A stretch of 64,000 nt of DNA. Source: Bacteroidia bacterium. GTDB lineage: Bacteria > Bacteroidota > Bacteroidia > UKL13-3. The position numbers were made by a program, and so were the translations under genes. Numbering within the stretch: position 1 is the first letter of the stretch; every line of letters starts with the position of its first letter. This document shows, one piece after another, positions 38,891-49,490 of the stretch. The DNA lies in NCBI GenBank assembly GCA_044370475.1, contig JBILVK010000003.1:12452-76451 (forward strand). The letters are read 5' to 3'. The notes under the pieces are model-generated. The model did not search any database, had not been told where the DNA came from, and saw nothing but the letters and a program-made list of their open reading frames with translations.

Positions 38891-39102
38891 AATGCGCGTT
38901 TTACCCTAAACAAACCATAAGCCAAAAGCATCAAACTAACGGTCACCTTTGCCCATTCATCAATGCCCTCAATAAAAGGATTGAAATAAAAAACAAAAGA
39001 AAAAACCACGTAAAAAACACCCATAATGGTGTTAAAATACTTAAGTACCCCAGTAACCTTCCCTTCTCTTTTCTCGCGAATTTCTTCTAATTGATCATTC
39101 AT
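38884..39102 (-). CDS. Small hypothetical membrane protein.
   Basis: 72 aa ORF with two hydrophobic helices. It overlaps the downstream gene start by 7 bp. Confidence 0.3.
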   Translation of the reverse strand: MNDQLEEIREKREGKVTGVLKYFNTIMGVFYVVFSFVFYFNPFIEGIDEWAKVTVSLMLLAYGLFRVKRALW

Positions 39103-39183
39103 GATGTTAACAAATAAGGCCCGAATCTTCCTTGAAGCCTAACAAAAATAAGGCTACAACAAAGATTCAGGCCTTGTTATAAT

Positions 39184-39987
39184 TTAGTTTAATTGGAAAC
39201 GAATAGGTAAAGTAAACTTCACTGTTACTGGCTTACCATTTTGCTTTCCTGGTGTCCAACTTGGCATACCTTTCACAACCCTCACAGCTTCTTCATCACA
39301 ACCCCAACCCAACTTCTTTCCTACCTGCTCAATTTGCGAAATTTTACCGTCTGAACCAACCACAAAAGTTAATACAACCTTTCCTTCAACGCCGTTTTCT
39401 CTGGCCAAAGGAGGGAAAGCTATATTCTTACTTAAGTATTTGTACATTTCTTCGGTACCACCACTAAACTCTGGCATTTGCTCTGCAAAGGTCAAAATTT
39501 CTGGCGCATCACCGTCTCCATCTCCACCTTCTGTTAAGCTTGCATCAACCCCGTTTGGATCTCCCTCAACCGTGGTAACACCCGCATCTTTATCCTTCAT
39601 CTCTTCTTGAATTGGAGGTGGTTCATCATCTGGAACCTCTTCATCAGGTTTAATTTCTGGCGGAGTAAATTTCACCGTACTTTTTAAAGGTGGCGGTGGC
39701 TCCGTTGGTGGTGGTGGTGGCTCGTTCTTGTCTATTGGTGGTGGTTCTTCTAAGGTAGTTACATCTGTAACCTTAACCTCATTCTCCTTTGGAATTTTTG
39801 ATTCAATATAGTTTACAATTACTGGTGCAGATATACTGGCAGTAAACAAAACTACGGCAAACACAATTCCTTTTATAGTATACTCATCGCCTTTTTTACG
39901 CAATACATAAGCTCCATAAGCCTTGTTGCGGTGGTTAAAAATAAGCTCAACCCATTTGCTATCAAAAATATCTAATTTTGCTGCCAT
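39184..39987 (-). CDS. tonB: Energy transducer TonB.
   Basis: N-terminal TM anchor, proline-rich spacer EPPPIDKNEPPPPPTEPPPPLK, and C-terminal TonB domain ...GKPVTVKFTLPIRFQLN. Confidence 0.85.
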   Translation of the reverse strand: MAAKLDIFDSKWVELIFNHRNKAYGAYVLRKKGDEYTIKGIVFAVVLFTASISAPVIVNYIESKIPKENEVKVTDVTTLEEPPPIDKNEPPPPPTEPPPPLKSTVKFTPPEIKPDEEVPDDEPPPIQEEMKDKDAGVTTVEGDPNGVDASLTEGGDGDGDAPEILTFAEQMPEFSGGTEEMYKYLSKNIAFPPLARENGVEGKVVLTFVVGSDGKISQIEQVGKKLGWGCDEEAVRVVKGMPSWTPGKQNGKPVTVKFTLPIRFQLN

Positions 39988-39988
39988 G

Positions 39989-40645
39989 TTAATTCGATTT
40001 AACGGTCATTGCGGTCTTAATTAACTCTTGCTCTACTGGCGTAATGTCAACAATGGCATAACGTCCAATATTACAAATCAACATTTCATCCAAAATATCA
40101 ACTAGGTTTCTGTATTTGGCTTTATCATCAGCTTTTATCACAACAATCAAAGCATCTTTATTCGCCTTAATTCCAGCAATACGCTTTTTCATTTCGTCCT
40201 CCGGAATTTGATTGAGTTTATACATCTCCTTCAAAATTGGAATAGAATCGTAATTGTTGTTGTTGGCTTTATTTAACAACTCCCTGTTTCTAGTTAACAG
40301 CGTAGCACGAATTCCACCAGCGCTATAATTTGTTATAACAGGTGTCTCAGGCTCTCCTGTTGTTTCATTGATATAGTAGTAAACAATGGTATCGCCTGCT
40401 GCTAACAGCACCGTAATAGCTTGCGATGCTTTCACCTTTTGCTTATCTATCTCGTTAACTTCCTTCACAGGCATGTTAATCTCCATGGTTTTTGGCTTGC
40501 TCATGGAAGTAGTTAACATAAAGAAGGTAATGAGCAAAAAGCCCAAATCTACCATGGGAGTAAAGTCAACACGTGTCGACATTTTCTTCCCTTTTGGTTT
40601 CCCACCTTTTTTATGGCCACCCCCGCCGCCTTCTATTTCTGCCAT
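39989..40645 (-). CDS. exbD: Biopolymer transport protein ExbD/TolR.
   Basis: 218 aa. TM segment MVDLGFLLITFFMLTTS and ExbD fold. Confidence 0.8.
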   Translation of the reverse strand: MAEIEGGGGGHKKGGKPKGKKMSTRVDFTPMVDLGFLLITFFMLTTSMSKPKTMEINMPVKEVNEIDKQKVKASQAITVLLAAGDTIVYYYINETTGEPETPVITNYSAGGIRATLLTRNRELLNKANNNNYDSIPILKEMYKLNQIPEDEMKKRIAGIKANKDALIVVIKADDKAKYRNLVDILDEMLICNIGRYAIVDITPVEQELIKTAMTVKSN

Positions 40646-40651
40646 TTTCGT

Positions 40652-41260
40652 TTATTTTTTTTCAACTGTCTCGGTAGACATGTTGGTGATAAAATTAAAT
40701 CTATTTACTTTCTTCTCCTGTAGCGTAGCAATTACTTGCTTTATCACAGGAAAATTCGAGTTTTGATCGCCTTTAATAGCAACCCTTACTTTATTGTTCG
40801 ACAAACGAGCCTGCCATATCCAATCACCCAATTCATTGTTCAACGAATCGTATGGAATTCCACTTTGGTTAAATTTTGCACGGTCTTCAGATTTTACAGC
40901 CAAAAGTTCTTTGAGTTGACTAAATGGAACACCAAAACTCGACATTAAAGAGAATGCTTTAATTTCATCATTGGTGAACGGCACTTGTTTTAAAGCACTC
41001 ATTTTTTGAATCAACTCTTGTTTGTACTGTTGTCCTTCCATACTAAAAAACACCCTGCTATCCTCACTTATGGTGATAGTCATGATATCTACGTCTGGAA
41101 TAGGAACCTCTGCTACCGATGAAGGTGCATTAACCGTTACAGGCTCATCAGGTTTGAATTGGGTAGCCAACATAAAGAACGTAAGTAGAAGGAAAGCCAC
41201 ATCCGTCATGGCCGTCATATCTACCGAGGTACTTTTACGTGGTACTTTAACCTTTGGCAT
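40652..41260 (-). CDS. exbD: Biopolymer transport protein ExbD/TolR (second copy).
   Basis: 202 aa. MTAMTDVAFLLLTFFMLATQF TM segment. Confidence 0.8.
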   Translation of the reverse strand: MPKVKVPRKSTSVDMTAMTDVAFLLLTFFMLATQFKPDEPVTVNAPSSVAEVPIPDVDIMTITISEDSRVFFSMEGQQYKQELIQKMSALKQVPFTNDEIKAFSLMSSFGVPFSQLKELLAVKSEDRAKFNQSGIPYDSLNNELGDWIWQARLSNNKVRVAIKGDQNSNFPVIKQVIATLQEKKVNRFNFITNMSTETVEKK

Positions 41261-41332
41261 AGTATTTTATTTAAAAATTATAATTTAAAATCAATTGTAT
41301 CCTTAGCAATTTGGTTCGAACCAAAAAACTAA

Positions 41333-42157
41333 TTATTTATGCTTCTCAGCAAATGTTTGAACAATGCTATATCCAGCTTCATCAATTGTAAAGGTAATCT
41401 TGTCAATTTTTGTAGTGAATACATTGTACATAATAATAGCTACAGCAGAGTTACCAATACCCAAGGCTGTATTAATCAAAGCCTCAGAAATACCATTCGC
41501 CAAACCTACTGAATCTGGAGCTCCACCAGTACCCAAGGCCGAGAACGCCTTGATCATACCAATTACCGTTCCTAATAGTGCAATCAAAGTAGATACTGAA
41601 GCCATGGTTGCTATAATAACCAAGTTCTTTTCTAACATTGGCAATTCTAAAGTAGTTGCTTCTTCTAATTCTTTTTGAATAGCAATGATTTTATGGTCGG
41701 TATCCATTTCAGTTTTACTTTCCATTTCCTTGTACTTAATTAGGGCAGCACGAACTACATTTGCTACTGATCCTTTTTGCTTATCGCACTCAGAAATTGC
41801 AGCATCTACGCTACCTGCGTTTAAATGACCTTGTACCTTGCGAACAAAAGCTTCAGCGTTTGAAGTACCTTGAGCTTTGCCAATAGTTAAGAAACGCTCA
41901 ATGGAAAAGGTAATACTCATTAATACCAACGACAATAGAATAGGTACAATAAATCCACCTTTGTAAATTAATCCTAAAACGTGACCAACACCCTCTGCTA
42001 CCGGGTGATTTGCTGAATCTCCTCCTTCAAAATTGGAAGGATTTCCCAAAACAAACTTGTAAATTAAGATACCAGTGATAACCAAAATTGGAATTGTGAA
42101 AGCTGCAAAATTGCTTTTTAATGAGCTTTCTTTTTGAGGTGTTGCTACCTTGTTCAT
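41333..42157 (-). CDS. exbB: MotA/TolQ/ExbB proton-channel protein.
   Basis: 274 aa with three TM segments and the ...LGTVIGMIKAF... motif. Confidence 0.8.
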   Translation of the reverse strand: MNKVATPQKESSLKSNFAAFTIPILVITGILIYKFVLGNPSNFEGGDSANHPVAEGVGHVLGLIYKGGFIVPILLSLVLMSITFSIERFLTIGKAQGTSNAEAFVRKVQGHLNAGSVDAAISECDKQKGSVANVVRAALIKYKEMESKTEMDTDHKIIAIQKELEEATTLELPMLEKNLVIIATMASVSTLIALLGTVIGMIKAFSALGTGGAPDSVGLANGISEALINTALGIGNSAVAIIMYNVFTTKIDKITFTIDEAGYSIVQTFAEKHK

Positions 42158-42283
42158 GTGAATTTATTTTTATAGTTTAATTAGTTACAAAAAAAGTCAA
42201 TATTTACTAATATGCAAGTTGCATCACATATTAAATAATTGTGAAGCTCTTGCCCCGCAATATAAAGCAAAACGAAAATAAAA

Positions 42284-43660
42284 TTAAAAAATGTTTAAGA
42301 TAGGTGCAGGATACAAGCCAAACACCAAGCTTAAAGCCAAACAAACCCATATAACCAGCTTAAAATTGAATGGAATCACCAAATTTGCCTCATTTTGTGG
42401 TTTTCCATACATGGCAATAATTACCTTAAAATAATAGTAAACTCCTATCATAGAGGCAAATATGGCCACCAAGGTGGTATAGAAAAAATTGCTATGTAAA
42501 GCTTCTGTAAAAATGTAATATTTACCCAAAAATCCAGCAAATGGAGGTATCCCTGCTAAGCCCAACATCGCAATACTCATGCCTGCTGCTGCCATTGGAT
42601 TTTTCTTTCCTAAGCCATTAAATGAGTCAATATCCTCCGATTTACTTGCCTGAAACATCGGTATTGCAATCGCAAATGCCGCAATCGTACTTAATGCATA
42701 GGCCAAAGAATAGTAAAATAAAGCCCCTGCTGGTTGATTTTTAGCACTCAATACAATCAACATCATATATCCAGCATGCGATATCCCAGAGTATGCCAAA
42801 AGTCGCTTAAAATTGGTCTGAGCCAATGCCATTAAGTTACCAACCGCCAATGTTAATATGGCCGCCACATTTAAAATTAACTCTGCTTTGTCTGAGGTGT
42901 AAAAGAAAGTAACACTCATAAGCTTATAAAATGCCCCAAATGCTGCAATCTTTACCAAAGTACTCATATAAGCTGTAACCAATGCTGGCGAACCTTCATA
43001 TACATCTGGTGCCCAGAAATGAAAAGGTGCTGCAGATACTTTAAACAACATAGCAAAAACCACCAATACCATTCCTGTATAAAACAAAGGCGAAATGTTC
43101 TGTTGGTTCTGTATGGTATAATCAGCAATCTTAGCCAAATCAAATGATCCTGTGGCTCCAAAAATCAATGCTATTCCAAACAACAAAAAACAAGAAGCAA
43201 AACTTCCCATCAAGAAATATTTAAATCCGGCCTCGTTCGACCTAATATCAAATCGCTTGCTGCCTGCCATTACATATAAGGAAATAGACAAGGTCTCAAT
43301 TCCTAAAAACAACATGGTTAAATTAGCATACGAAAACATCATCAATGCACCCACCAAAATAAAGGTTAAGATGGTCATGTAATCACTGATGTGGTTCTGT
43401 TGGTTCTCATAGTAATCAGAACTCAATATAAATACCAACAGAGTAACAAATATAGCTAGTCCGCTAAAGGCAACAGAAAAATTGTCTACCTTCAACATAT
43501 TGTTAAAATACGACTGATTGAGGTTCCAATCATTCATATTCAAGCCAAAAATTACGGCCAATCCCAAAACCAATACTGGTATGATCAGCTTTCTTAGGTT
43601 CAAAATTTCTGCCAACATGCAGAAAAATCCTAACACAGATGTATATATAAGCGTATTCAC
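42284..43660 (-). CDS. nuoN: NADH-quinone oxidoreductase subunit N.
   Basis: 458 aa polytopic antiporter-like subunit. Last gene of the nuo operon. Confidence 0.85.
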   Translation of the reverse strand: MNTLIYTSVLGFFCMLAEILNLRKLIIPVLVLGLAVIFGLNMNDWNLNQSYFNNMLKVDNFSVAFSGLAIFVTLLVFILSSDYYENQQNHISDYMTILTFILVGALMMFSYANLTMLFLGIETLSISLYVMAGSKRFDIRSNEAGFKYFLMGSFASCFLLFGIALIFGATGSFDLAKIADYTIQNQQNISPLFYTGMVLVVFAMLFKVSAAPFHFWAPDVYEGSPALVTAYMSTLVKIAAFGAFYKLMSVTFFYTSDKAELILNVAAILTLAVGNLMALAQTNFKRLLAYSGISHAGYMMLIVLSAKNQPAGALFYYSLAYALSTIAAFAIAIPMFQASKSEDIDSFNGLGKKNPMAAAGMSIAMLGLAGIPPFAGFLGKYYIFTEALHSNFFYTTLVAIFASMIGVYYYFKVIIAMYGKPQNEANLVIPFNFKLVIWVCLALSLVFGLYPAPILNIF

Positions 43661-43670
43661 TTTGGTTCTT

Positions 43671-45104
43671 TTATTTGATGATGGTTTTTAAAACAGGTTC
43701 TGTTAACTCAATAATTGGGTTAGGGAAAATACCCAAGGCAAAAATCAAAAGGCCTATGCTTACCAAGACCACTTTTTCATTCCACATTAAATCTGGAAAC
43801 ACCATATTCTCTTTAACTGCCTTTCCCAAGACTACCTTTTGGTACATTCTTAACATATAAACTGCTCCCAAAATAATGGTCAATCCGGCAAATGCTCCAA
43901 GCCAAGTATTGTATTCGTACACGCCAAACAACAACATAAACTCTCCCACAAATCCACTGGTTAATGGCAAGGCAATTGATCCCAATACAATGATTAAGAA
44001 CCATGCAGCAAAGCTCGGTGCAAGCAACCTAATGCCGCCCAAACCTTCTACTTCTTCATGCTGTGTGCGGTTAAACACGATATCGGCACAGAAGAATAAT
44101 CCCACCACCGTTAAGCCATGTGATACCATCTGAACCAAACTTCCTTGCAATCCACTCATGTTTAAGGCAAATACACCTGCACTTATTAAACCCACGTGGG
44201 CAATAGATGAATAGGCCAATAACCTCTTCATATCCCTTTGCATAATAGCAATGATGCTGGCATAAACCACGCCTGCAACAGACAATGCAATTACCCAAGG
44301 CTGCCACTCTGCTACGCCAGCAGGCAATACAGGCAATAACCACCTAATTAAACTGTAAGTACCCATCTTCAACATAATACCAGATAACAACATCGTTCCC
44401 TGGGTTGGTGCAGAATGATAGGTATCTGGCTGCCAAGTATGAAATGGAATAATTGGAATCTTAATGGCAAAAGCAATAAAGAACAACCAAAACAACCACG
44501 ACTGATTGCAGCTGCATGCTGGATTTGCCACCAAGGATGCCCAATCTAATGAGTTAGCCGGACTTCCATTATACAAGAACAAGAAGCCAAACAACATCAG
44601 CAAACTGCCCGCCAAGGTGTATATAAAGAACTTCAAGGTAACCTTAGCCCTATCTTCTCCGCCCCAATTAAAGGCAATAAAATAAATAGGAATTAAAGCC
44701 AACTCCCAAAAGATATAATAGATAAATCCATCAAAGGAAATAAACACCCCATTCAAGGCAAATTGCATAAACAACATCAAGCTGTAAAATACATGCATGC
44801 GGTTTGTTTCACGGTTGTAGCCACTTAACACAATTAATGGCAACAATAAATTGGTGAGTAAAACCATTAACATACTCATGCCATCCATTGATAAATGAAC
44901 GTTAATGAGCGGCTTGGCCGACCAATTCTGAAGGTAATCAAATGGCCCAGCACCTTCTGCTTTAAACACAGTGTAGGCAAATACAGTGAAACCAAATTGT
45001 ACCAAGGTGAACACCAAGGCCAGGTTTCTGCTCATGGCTCCTCTGCTAAATAATAGCAATATAGAAGCGATTAGCGGTATGGATAAAAGAGTTAAGCTAA
45101 GCAT
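43671..45104 (-). CDS. nuoM: NADH-quinone oxidoreductase subunit M.
   Basis: Antiporter-like subunit. The start was placed at the internal Met MLSLTLLSIP (45104), which abuts the nuoL stop. The track ORF extends to 45227 and would overlap nuoL. Confidence 0.85.
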   Translation of the reverse strand: MLSLTLLSIPLIASILLLFSRGAMSRNLALVFTLVQFGFTVFAYTVFKAEGAGPFDYLQNWSAKPLINVHLSMDGMSMLMVLLTNLLLPLIVLSGYNRETNRMHVFYSLMLFMQFALNGVFISFDGFIYYIFWELALIPIYFIAFNWGGEDRAKVTLKFFIYTLAGSLLMLFGFLFLYNGSPANSLDWASLVANPACSCNQSWLFWLFFIAFAIKIPIIPFHTWQPDTYHSAPTQGTMLLSGIMLKMGTYSLIRWLLPVLPAGVAEWQPWVIALSVAGVVYASIIAIMQRDMKRLLAYSSIAHVGLISAGVFALNMSGLQGSLVQMVSHGLTVVGLFFCADIVFNRTQHEEVEGLGGIRLLAPSFAAWFLIIVLGSIALPLTSGFVGEFMLLFGVYEYNTWLGAFAGLTIILGAVYMLRMYQKVVLGKAVKENMVFPDLMWNEKVVLVSIGLLIFALGIFPNPIIELTEPVLKTIIK

Positions 45105-45106
45105 TT

Positions 45107-47035
45107 TTAGTACACCAATTGAATAAACATTAATACCATCATTCCAATAACCATTGCAAATATATAAACCCCTGTATTTCCGGTCTGAACCAAACGTATG
45201 GTTCTGCCAGTAAATCCAACGATCCATGCTGTTGCCATTACTACTAAATCAATAACCAATTTGTCTATCACAACAAATAAAACATCACTCAAAATGGTTA
45301 ATGGACGAACAACAATTCTATCATAAAACTCATCAACATAAAACTTATTAGCAGCCCATTTGGCCAAACCAGTAGTTTCTGCATCTGCCTCAGGCATGGT
45401 TTTGTTTTTAATATACATCACATATGCAATTCCAAAACTCACCGCTGCTAATCCCAAAGCCAATGCCATCAACATAATCTCTGTTCCATGATCCATATGA
45501 TGGGCCTCTCCCAAATAAGCTTTCGAGCCTTCAAATACAGGAGCCAAATACGTTCCGAACCAATGCGTTTGCGCCATTACAGCCGGCATACCCCAAAATC
45601 CTGCAATGGTAGAAAACACCGCCAAAATACTCAATGGCAAAGTCATGGTCCACGGCGATTCATGCAAATGGTGCTTCTGTTCTTCGGTACCTCTAAAAGA
45701 ATTTTGAAAGGTTAAGAACATTACCCTAAACATATAGAAGGCTGTCAACATAGAACTCACACTCACCAATACCCACACCAATTTGTGGTTGCTAAATGCG
45801 GCTGCCAAAATCTCATCTTTAGAGAAGAAACCGGCAAATGGAAATATTCCAGAAATAGCTAAAGTGGCAATCAAGAAAGTATAGAAGGTAATCTTAATAT
45901 ATTTAGCCAAACCTCCCATGTTTCTGATGTCTTGCTCTCCGCCCATGGCATGTATTACACTACCTGCGCCTAAGAACAATAAAGCTTTAAAGAATGCATG
46001 GGTAACCACATGAAACATGCCGCTCGAAAATGCACCTAATCCCAAAGCCACAAACATTAATCCCAATTGAGATACCGTAGAGTATGCCAATACTTTCTTG
46101 ATATCATTTTGTTTCATGCCAATAAAGGCTGCAAACAAGGAGGTAGCAACACCCACCCACATCACCACTTCCATGGTAAAGGGTGCCATCGCATATAAAA
46201 TATTAGAACGAGCAATCATATAGATACCTGCGGTAACCATGGTTGCAGCGTGTATCAAGGCTGATACTGGAGTTGGACCCGCCATAGCATCTGGCAACCA
46301 AGTGTACAATGGAATTTGTGCACTCTTACCCATAGCTCCTACAAACAATAACAAGGTAATGGTAACCAATAATGTGCTACCCACTTCTAGGCCTTGAGCT
46401 CCTGCATTTACCGTGGCAAAATCTAATCCGCCAAAATAAAATAGCATGAAAAACATTCCTACCAAAAAGCCCAAATCACCAATTCGGTTCATCACAAATG
46501 CCTTTTTAGCGGCATCGTTATAGGCATCATTTTTGAACCAAAAACCAATTAATAAATAAGAGCATAAGCCTACGCCTTCCCAACCAATAAACATTACCAT
46601 GTAGCTATTACCTAATACCAATAACAACATGAAAAATATAAATAGGTTCAGATAGGAAAAGAATCTTGCAAAGCCTTCATCGTGGTGCATGTAACCAATA
46701 GAATATAGGTGTATCAAGAATCCTATACCCGTTACCACCAATAACATAATCAAAGATAGGTGGTCAATTAAAAAACCAAACGATAAGGTAATATTGCCAA
46801 ATTTAATCCAATCGAAAAGCGTGAAATTTAAGTCTGCATTGGCAGGCAAATTCATAAATAAATAGGTAGATAAAAGGAATGAAATCAATATCATTCCACT
46901 GGCTAACCAGCCTGCTGCATGCTTGAGTGTTTTACCAAATAATGCAGTCAATAAAAACCCCAGCAACGGAAATAAAGGTATTAACGAAGCAGGTGTAATT
47001 AATTTTGTGAGTTCTAAAAAGTTGTCCATGTTCAT
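45107..47035 (-). CDS. nuoL: NADH-quinone oxidoreductase subunit L.
   Basis: 642 aa with a long C-terminal amphipathic helix region. Confidence 0.9.
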   Translation of the reverse strand: MNMDNFLELTKLITPASLIPLFPLLGFLLTALFGKTLKHAAGWLASGMILISFLLSTYLFMNLPANADLNFTLFDWIKFGNITLSFGFLIDHLSLIMLLVVTGIGFLIHLYSIGYMHHDEGFARFFSYLNLFIFFMLLLVLGNSYMVMFIGWEGVGLCSYLLIGFWFKNDAYNDAAKKAFVMNRIGDLGFLVGMFFMLFYFGGLDFATVNAGAQGLEVGSTLLVTITLLLFVGAMGKSAQIPLYTWLPDAMAGPTPVSALIHAATMVTAGIYMIARSNILYAMAPFTMEVVMWVGVATSLFAAFIGMKQNDIKKVLAYSTVSQLGLMFVALGLGAFSSGMFHVVTHAFFKALLFLGAGSVIHAMGGEQDIRNMGGLAKYIKITFYTFLIATLAISGIFPFAGFFSKDEILAAAFSNHKLVWVLVSVSSMLTAFYMFRVMFLTFQNSFRGTEEQKHHLHESPWTMTLPLSILAVFSTIAGFWGMPAVMAQTHWFGTYLAPVFEGSKAYLGEAHHMDHGTEIMLMALALGLAAVSFGIAYVMYIKNKTMPEADAETTGLAKWAANKFYVDEFYDRIVVRPLTILSDVLFVVIDKLVIDLVVMATAWIVGFTGRTIRLVQTGNTGVYIFAMVIGMMVLMFIQLVY

Positions 47036-47048
47036 TTGTTCAATGCTC

Positions 47049-47372
47049 CTACCATTTCAATTTACTTAGAATGTCGATATCGGTAGTGGCCATGTTTCGG
47101 TAAATGCTTACCAATAATGCCAAGCCTACCGCAACTTCTGCTGCTGCTACCACCATGATAAAAAATACAAAAACCTGTCCCTCGGTATTTCCTGCGTATG
47201 CAGAAAAACTAACCAATAATAGGTTTACAGAATTTAACATCAATTCTACACACATAAGAATGATTAAGGCATTTCTACGCATTAATACACCCATTACACC
47301 AATAGAAAATAAAATGGTGCTCAATACCAAATACCAATTTTGTGGATGAGCTTGTAATAATTGCTGTTCCAT
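47049..47372 (-). CDS. nuoK: NADH-quinone oxidoreductase subunit K.
   Basis: 107 aa, three TM segments. Confidence 0.85.
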   Translation of the reverse strand: MEQQLLQAHPQNWYLVLSTILFSIGVMGVLMRRNALIILMCVELMLNSVNLLLVSFSAYAGNTEGQVFVFFIMVVAAAEVAVGLALLVSIYRNMATTDIDILSKLKW

Positions 47373-47872
47373 TAATTAACCTCCTTTTTTGCTAATACCA
47401 CTGCACCTACCATCGCTCCTAAAAATAATACTGCTGTCATCTCAAATGGCAACAAGAAATCGGTAAACAATTTCATGCCCACTTTTTGCACAAACCCAAC
47501 ATCCGAAGCCATTGGAGCTGCGTATGGTCCTAATTCTGTTGACCTCATAGCTGCCAATAAAACCAAGAGCATCATGCCGCCTGTTACAATAGCGGCACCC
47601 TTAAATAACATTGATTTATGAGGCTCCGATTCTTTGTTTAAATTCAATAGCATCACTGTAAATAACATCAAAACCATAATGGCTCCTGCATACACAATGA
47701 TATGTACCACTGCCAAAAATTGCGCATTCAACATCACATAATGGCCGGCAATGGAAAAAAAGCAAACAATCAACCACAGCACGCTGTAAATTGGATTCTT
47801 TGAAAACACCACAAACAGGGCACTCAATATAGAGAGCGCTGCAAGCATAAAAAATATTAACTGACTACTCAT
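47372..47872 (-). CDS. nuoJ: NADH-quinone oxidoreductase subunit J.
   Basis: 166 aa membrane subunit in operon position. Confidence 0.8.
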   Translation of the reverse strand: MSSQLIFFMLAALSILSALFVVFSKNPIYSVLWLIVCFFSIAGHYVMLNAQFLAVVHIIVYAGAIMVLMLFTVMLLNLNKESEPHKSMLFKGAAIVTGGMMLLVLLAAMRSTELGPYAAPMASDVGFVQKVGMKLFTDFLLPFEMTAVLFLGAMVGAVVLAKKEVN

Positions 47873-47905
47873 CGCTTTTGTCTTTAGTTAGCTTCTGTTA
47901 AAAGC

Positions 47906-48439
47906 TTAAATGGTATAATCCTTTTTCCTTTTGTTTATATCTATACGTTGGTCAACCTTCTCCACCAACATATCTTTTCCAAACACAAATTCTCCGCGGG
48001 AGAACTCAGAAGGAACAATTCTATCGGTAAGGTAAATGGCATCTTTTGGACAAGCTTCTTCGCACAATCCACAGAAAATGCAACGCAACATGTTAATTTC
48101 ATATTTGGCTGCATACTTCTCTTCGCGGTACAAATGCTCCTCCCCTTTCTTGCGCTCAGCTGCATCCATAGTAATGGCTTCGGCCGGACAAGATACTGCG
48201 CATAATCCGCAGGCGGTACAATTTTCCCTTCCTTGCTCATCGCGCTTCAATACATGCATACCACGGTATACAGGCGCAAACTCGCGGGTTACTTCAGGAT
48301 ATTTTAAAGTAGCCTTTTTCTTAAACAAATGCTTTATTGTAATTCTAAGTCCGCCCAAAATTGCAGGCAAGTATAACTTTTCTGCAAAGGTCATCTCTGG
48401 CTTAGAAACTACTTTAGATCTATTGGTTAATTGTGTCAT
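47906..48439 (-). CDS. nuoI: NADH-quinone oxidoreductase subunit I (2x[4Fe-4S] ferredoxin).
   Basis: CTACGLCAVSCP and CIFCGLCEEACP cluster motifs. Confidence 0.9.
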   Translation of the reverse strand: MTQLTNRSKVVSKPEMTFAEKLYLPAILGGLRITIKHLFKKKATLKYPEVTREFAPVYRGMHVLKRDEQGRENCTACGLCAVSCPAEAITMDAAERKKGEEHLYREEKYAAKYEINMLRCIFCGLCEEACPKDAIYLTDRIVPSEFSRGEFVFGKDMLVEKVDQRIDINKRKKDYTI

Positions 48440-48458
48440 TACTGCTTAGTCCTAATTA

Positions 48459-49490
48459 TTAATTTCCAAAAAAAGTTAAAATCGCACCGGTTACCAAAAC
48501 ATTGATAATGGCCAATGGCATTAATACTTGCCATCCCAAGCGCATCAATTGGTCGTAACGGAATCTCGGGATCGTCCAACGCACCCACATAAAGAAGAAT
48601 ATAAAGAAGAATATTTTAGAGAATAAAACGCCTACACTTATTAAGCTCACCAAATTTCCAGGTAAGATAGTTCCCAAATACTCTAATCCAGGGAAGTTAT
48701 ATCCACCTAAGAACAAGCAAGAAATAATAGCAGAAGAAATAAACATATTGATGTACTCACCAAACAAATACAAACCAAGCTTCATGGAAGAATACTCGGT
48801 ATGAAAACCACCAATTAGTTCCGACTCAGATTCAGGTAAATCAAAAGGAGTACGGTTGGCTTCGGCAAAAGAACAAACCAAGAAAATAATAAAAGCAACA
48901 GGCTGGTAGAACATATTCCAATTCAATCCTTTTTGTCCCTCTACAATGGCATTTAAGCTTAAAGAACCATCTGTCATAAGCAATACCGCCACTACACTCA
49001 TACCCATGGCCAATTCATAAGAAATCATCTGACTGCTGGCACGAATGGCACCCAATAAAGCGTATTTGTTATTAGACGACCAGCCACCAATCATAATGCC
49101 ATAAACGCCCAAAGAAAGCACGCCCATCACATACAAGATACCAATATTTACATCGGCAATTTGCAATACATAGGTAACACCTCCAAACTCCATTGGCATT
49201 CCCCAAGGAATAACTGCAGAAGTCATTAAGGCTGTCACCATAAACATACTTGGTGCCAGAATAAACAACAATTTATCAGAAACATTCGGAATAATTTCTT
49301 CCTTTAAGAACATCTTGGTTCCATCTGCAATAGGCTGCAACAAACCAAAAGGACCCGCTCTATCTGGACCAATACGGTCTTGTAAGAAGGCGGCTACTTT
49401 ACGCTCTGCGTAGGTGCTATAGGCTGCAATACCCAAACTAGCCACAAACACAAAAAGCACTAATATGGCTTTAAATATAAGTATACTCAT
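48459..49490 (-). CDS. nuoH: NADH-quinone oxidoreductase subunit H.
   Basis: 343 aa membrane subunit with the conserved RIGPDRAGPFGLLQP motif. Confidence 0.9.
   Translation of the reverse strand: MSILIFKAILVLFVFVASLGIAAYSTYAERKVAAFLQDRIGPDRAGPFGLLQPIADGTKMFLKEEIIPNVSDKLLFILAPSMFMVTALMTSAVIPWGMPMEFGGVTYVLQIADVNIGILYVMGVLSLGVYGIMIGGWSSNNKYALLGAIRASSQMISYELAMGMSVVAVLLMTDGSLSLNAIVEGQKGLNWNMFYQPVAFIIFLVCSFAEANRTPFDLPESESELIGGFHTEYSSMKLGLYLFGEYINMFISSAIISCLFLGGYNFPGLEYLGTILPGNLVSLISVGVLFSKIFFFIFFFMWVRWTIPRFRYDQLMRLGWQVLMPLAIINVLVTGAILTFFGN

Noticed and set aside
43675-44343. Several 60-90 aa ORFs on both strands within nuoM.
   Set aside because: Shadow ORFs of the nuoM coding sequence.
45105-45227. 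Longer N-terminal extension of nuoM (track start at 45227), plus similar extensions for rplS (32456), trmD (35539) and the TonB-CTD gene (8207).
   Set aside because: The extensions would overlap upstream genes or add non-conserved residues. The conserved N-termini begin at the internal Met codons used in the feature table.
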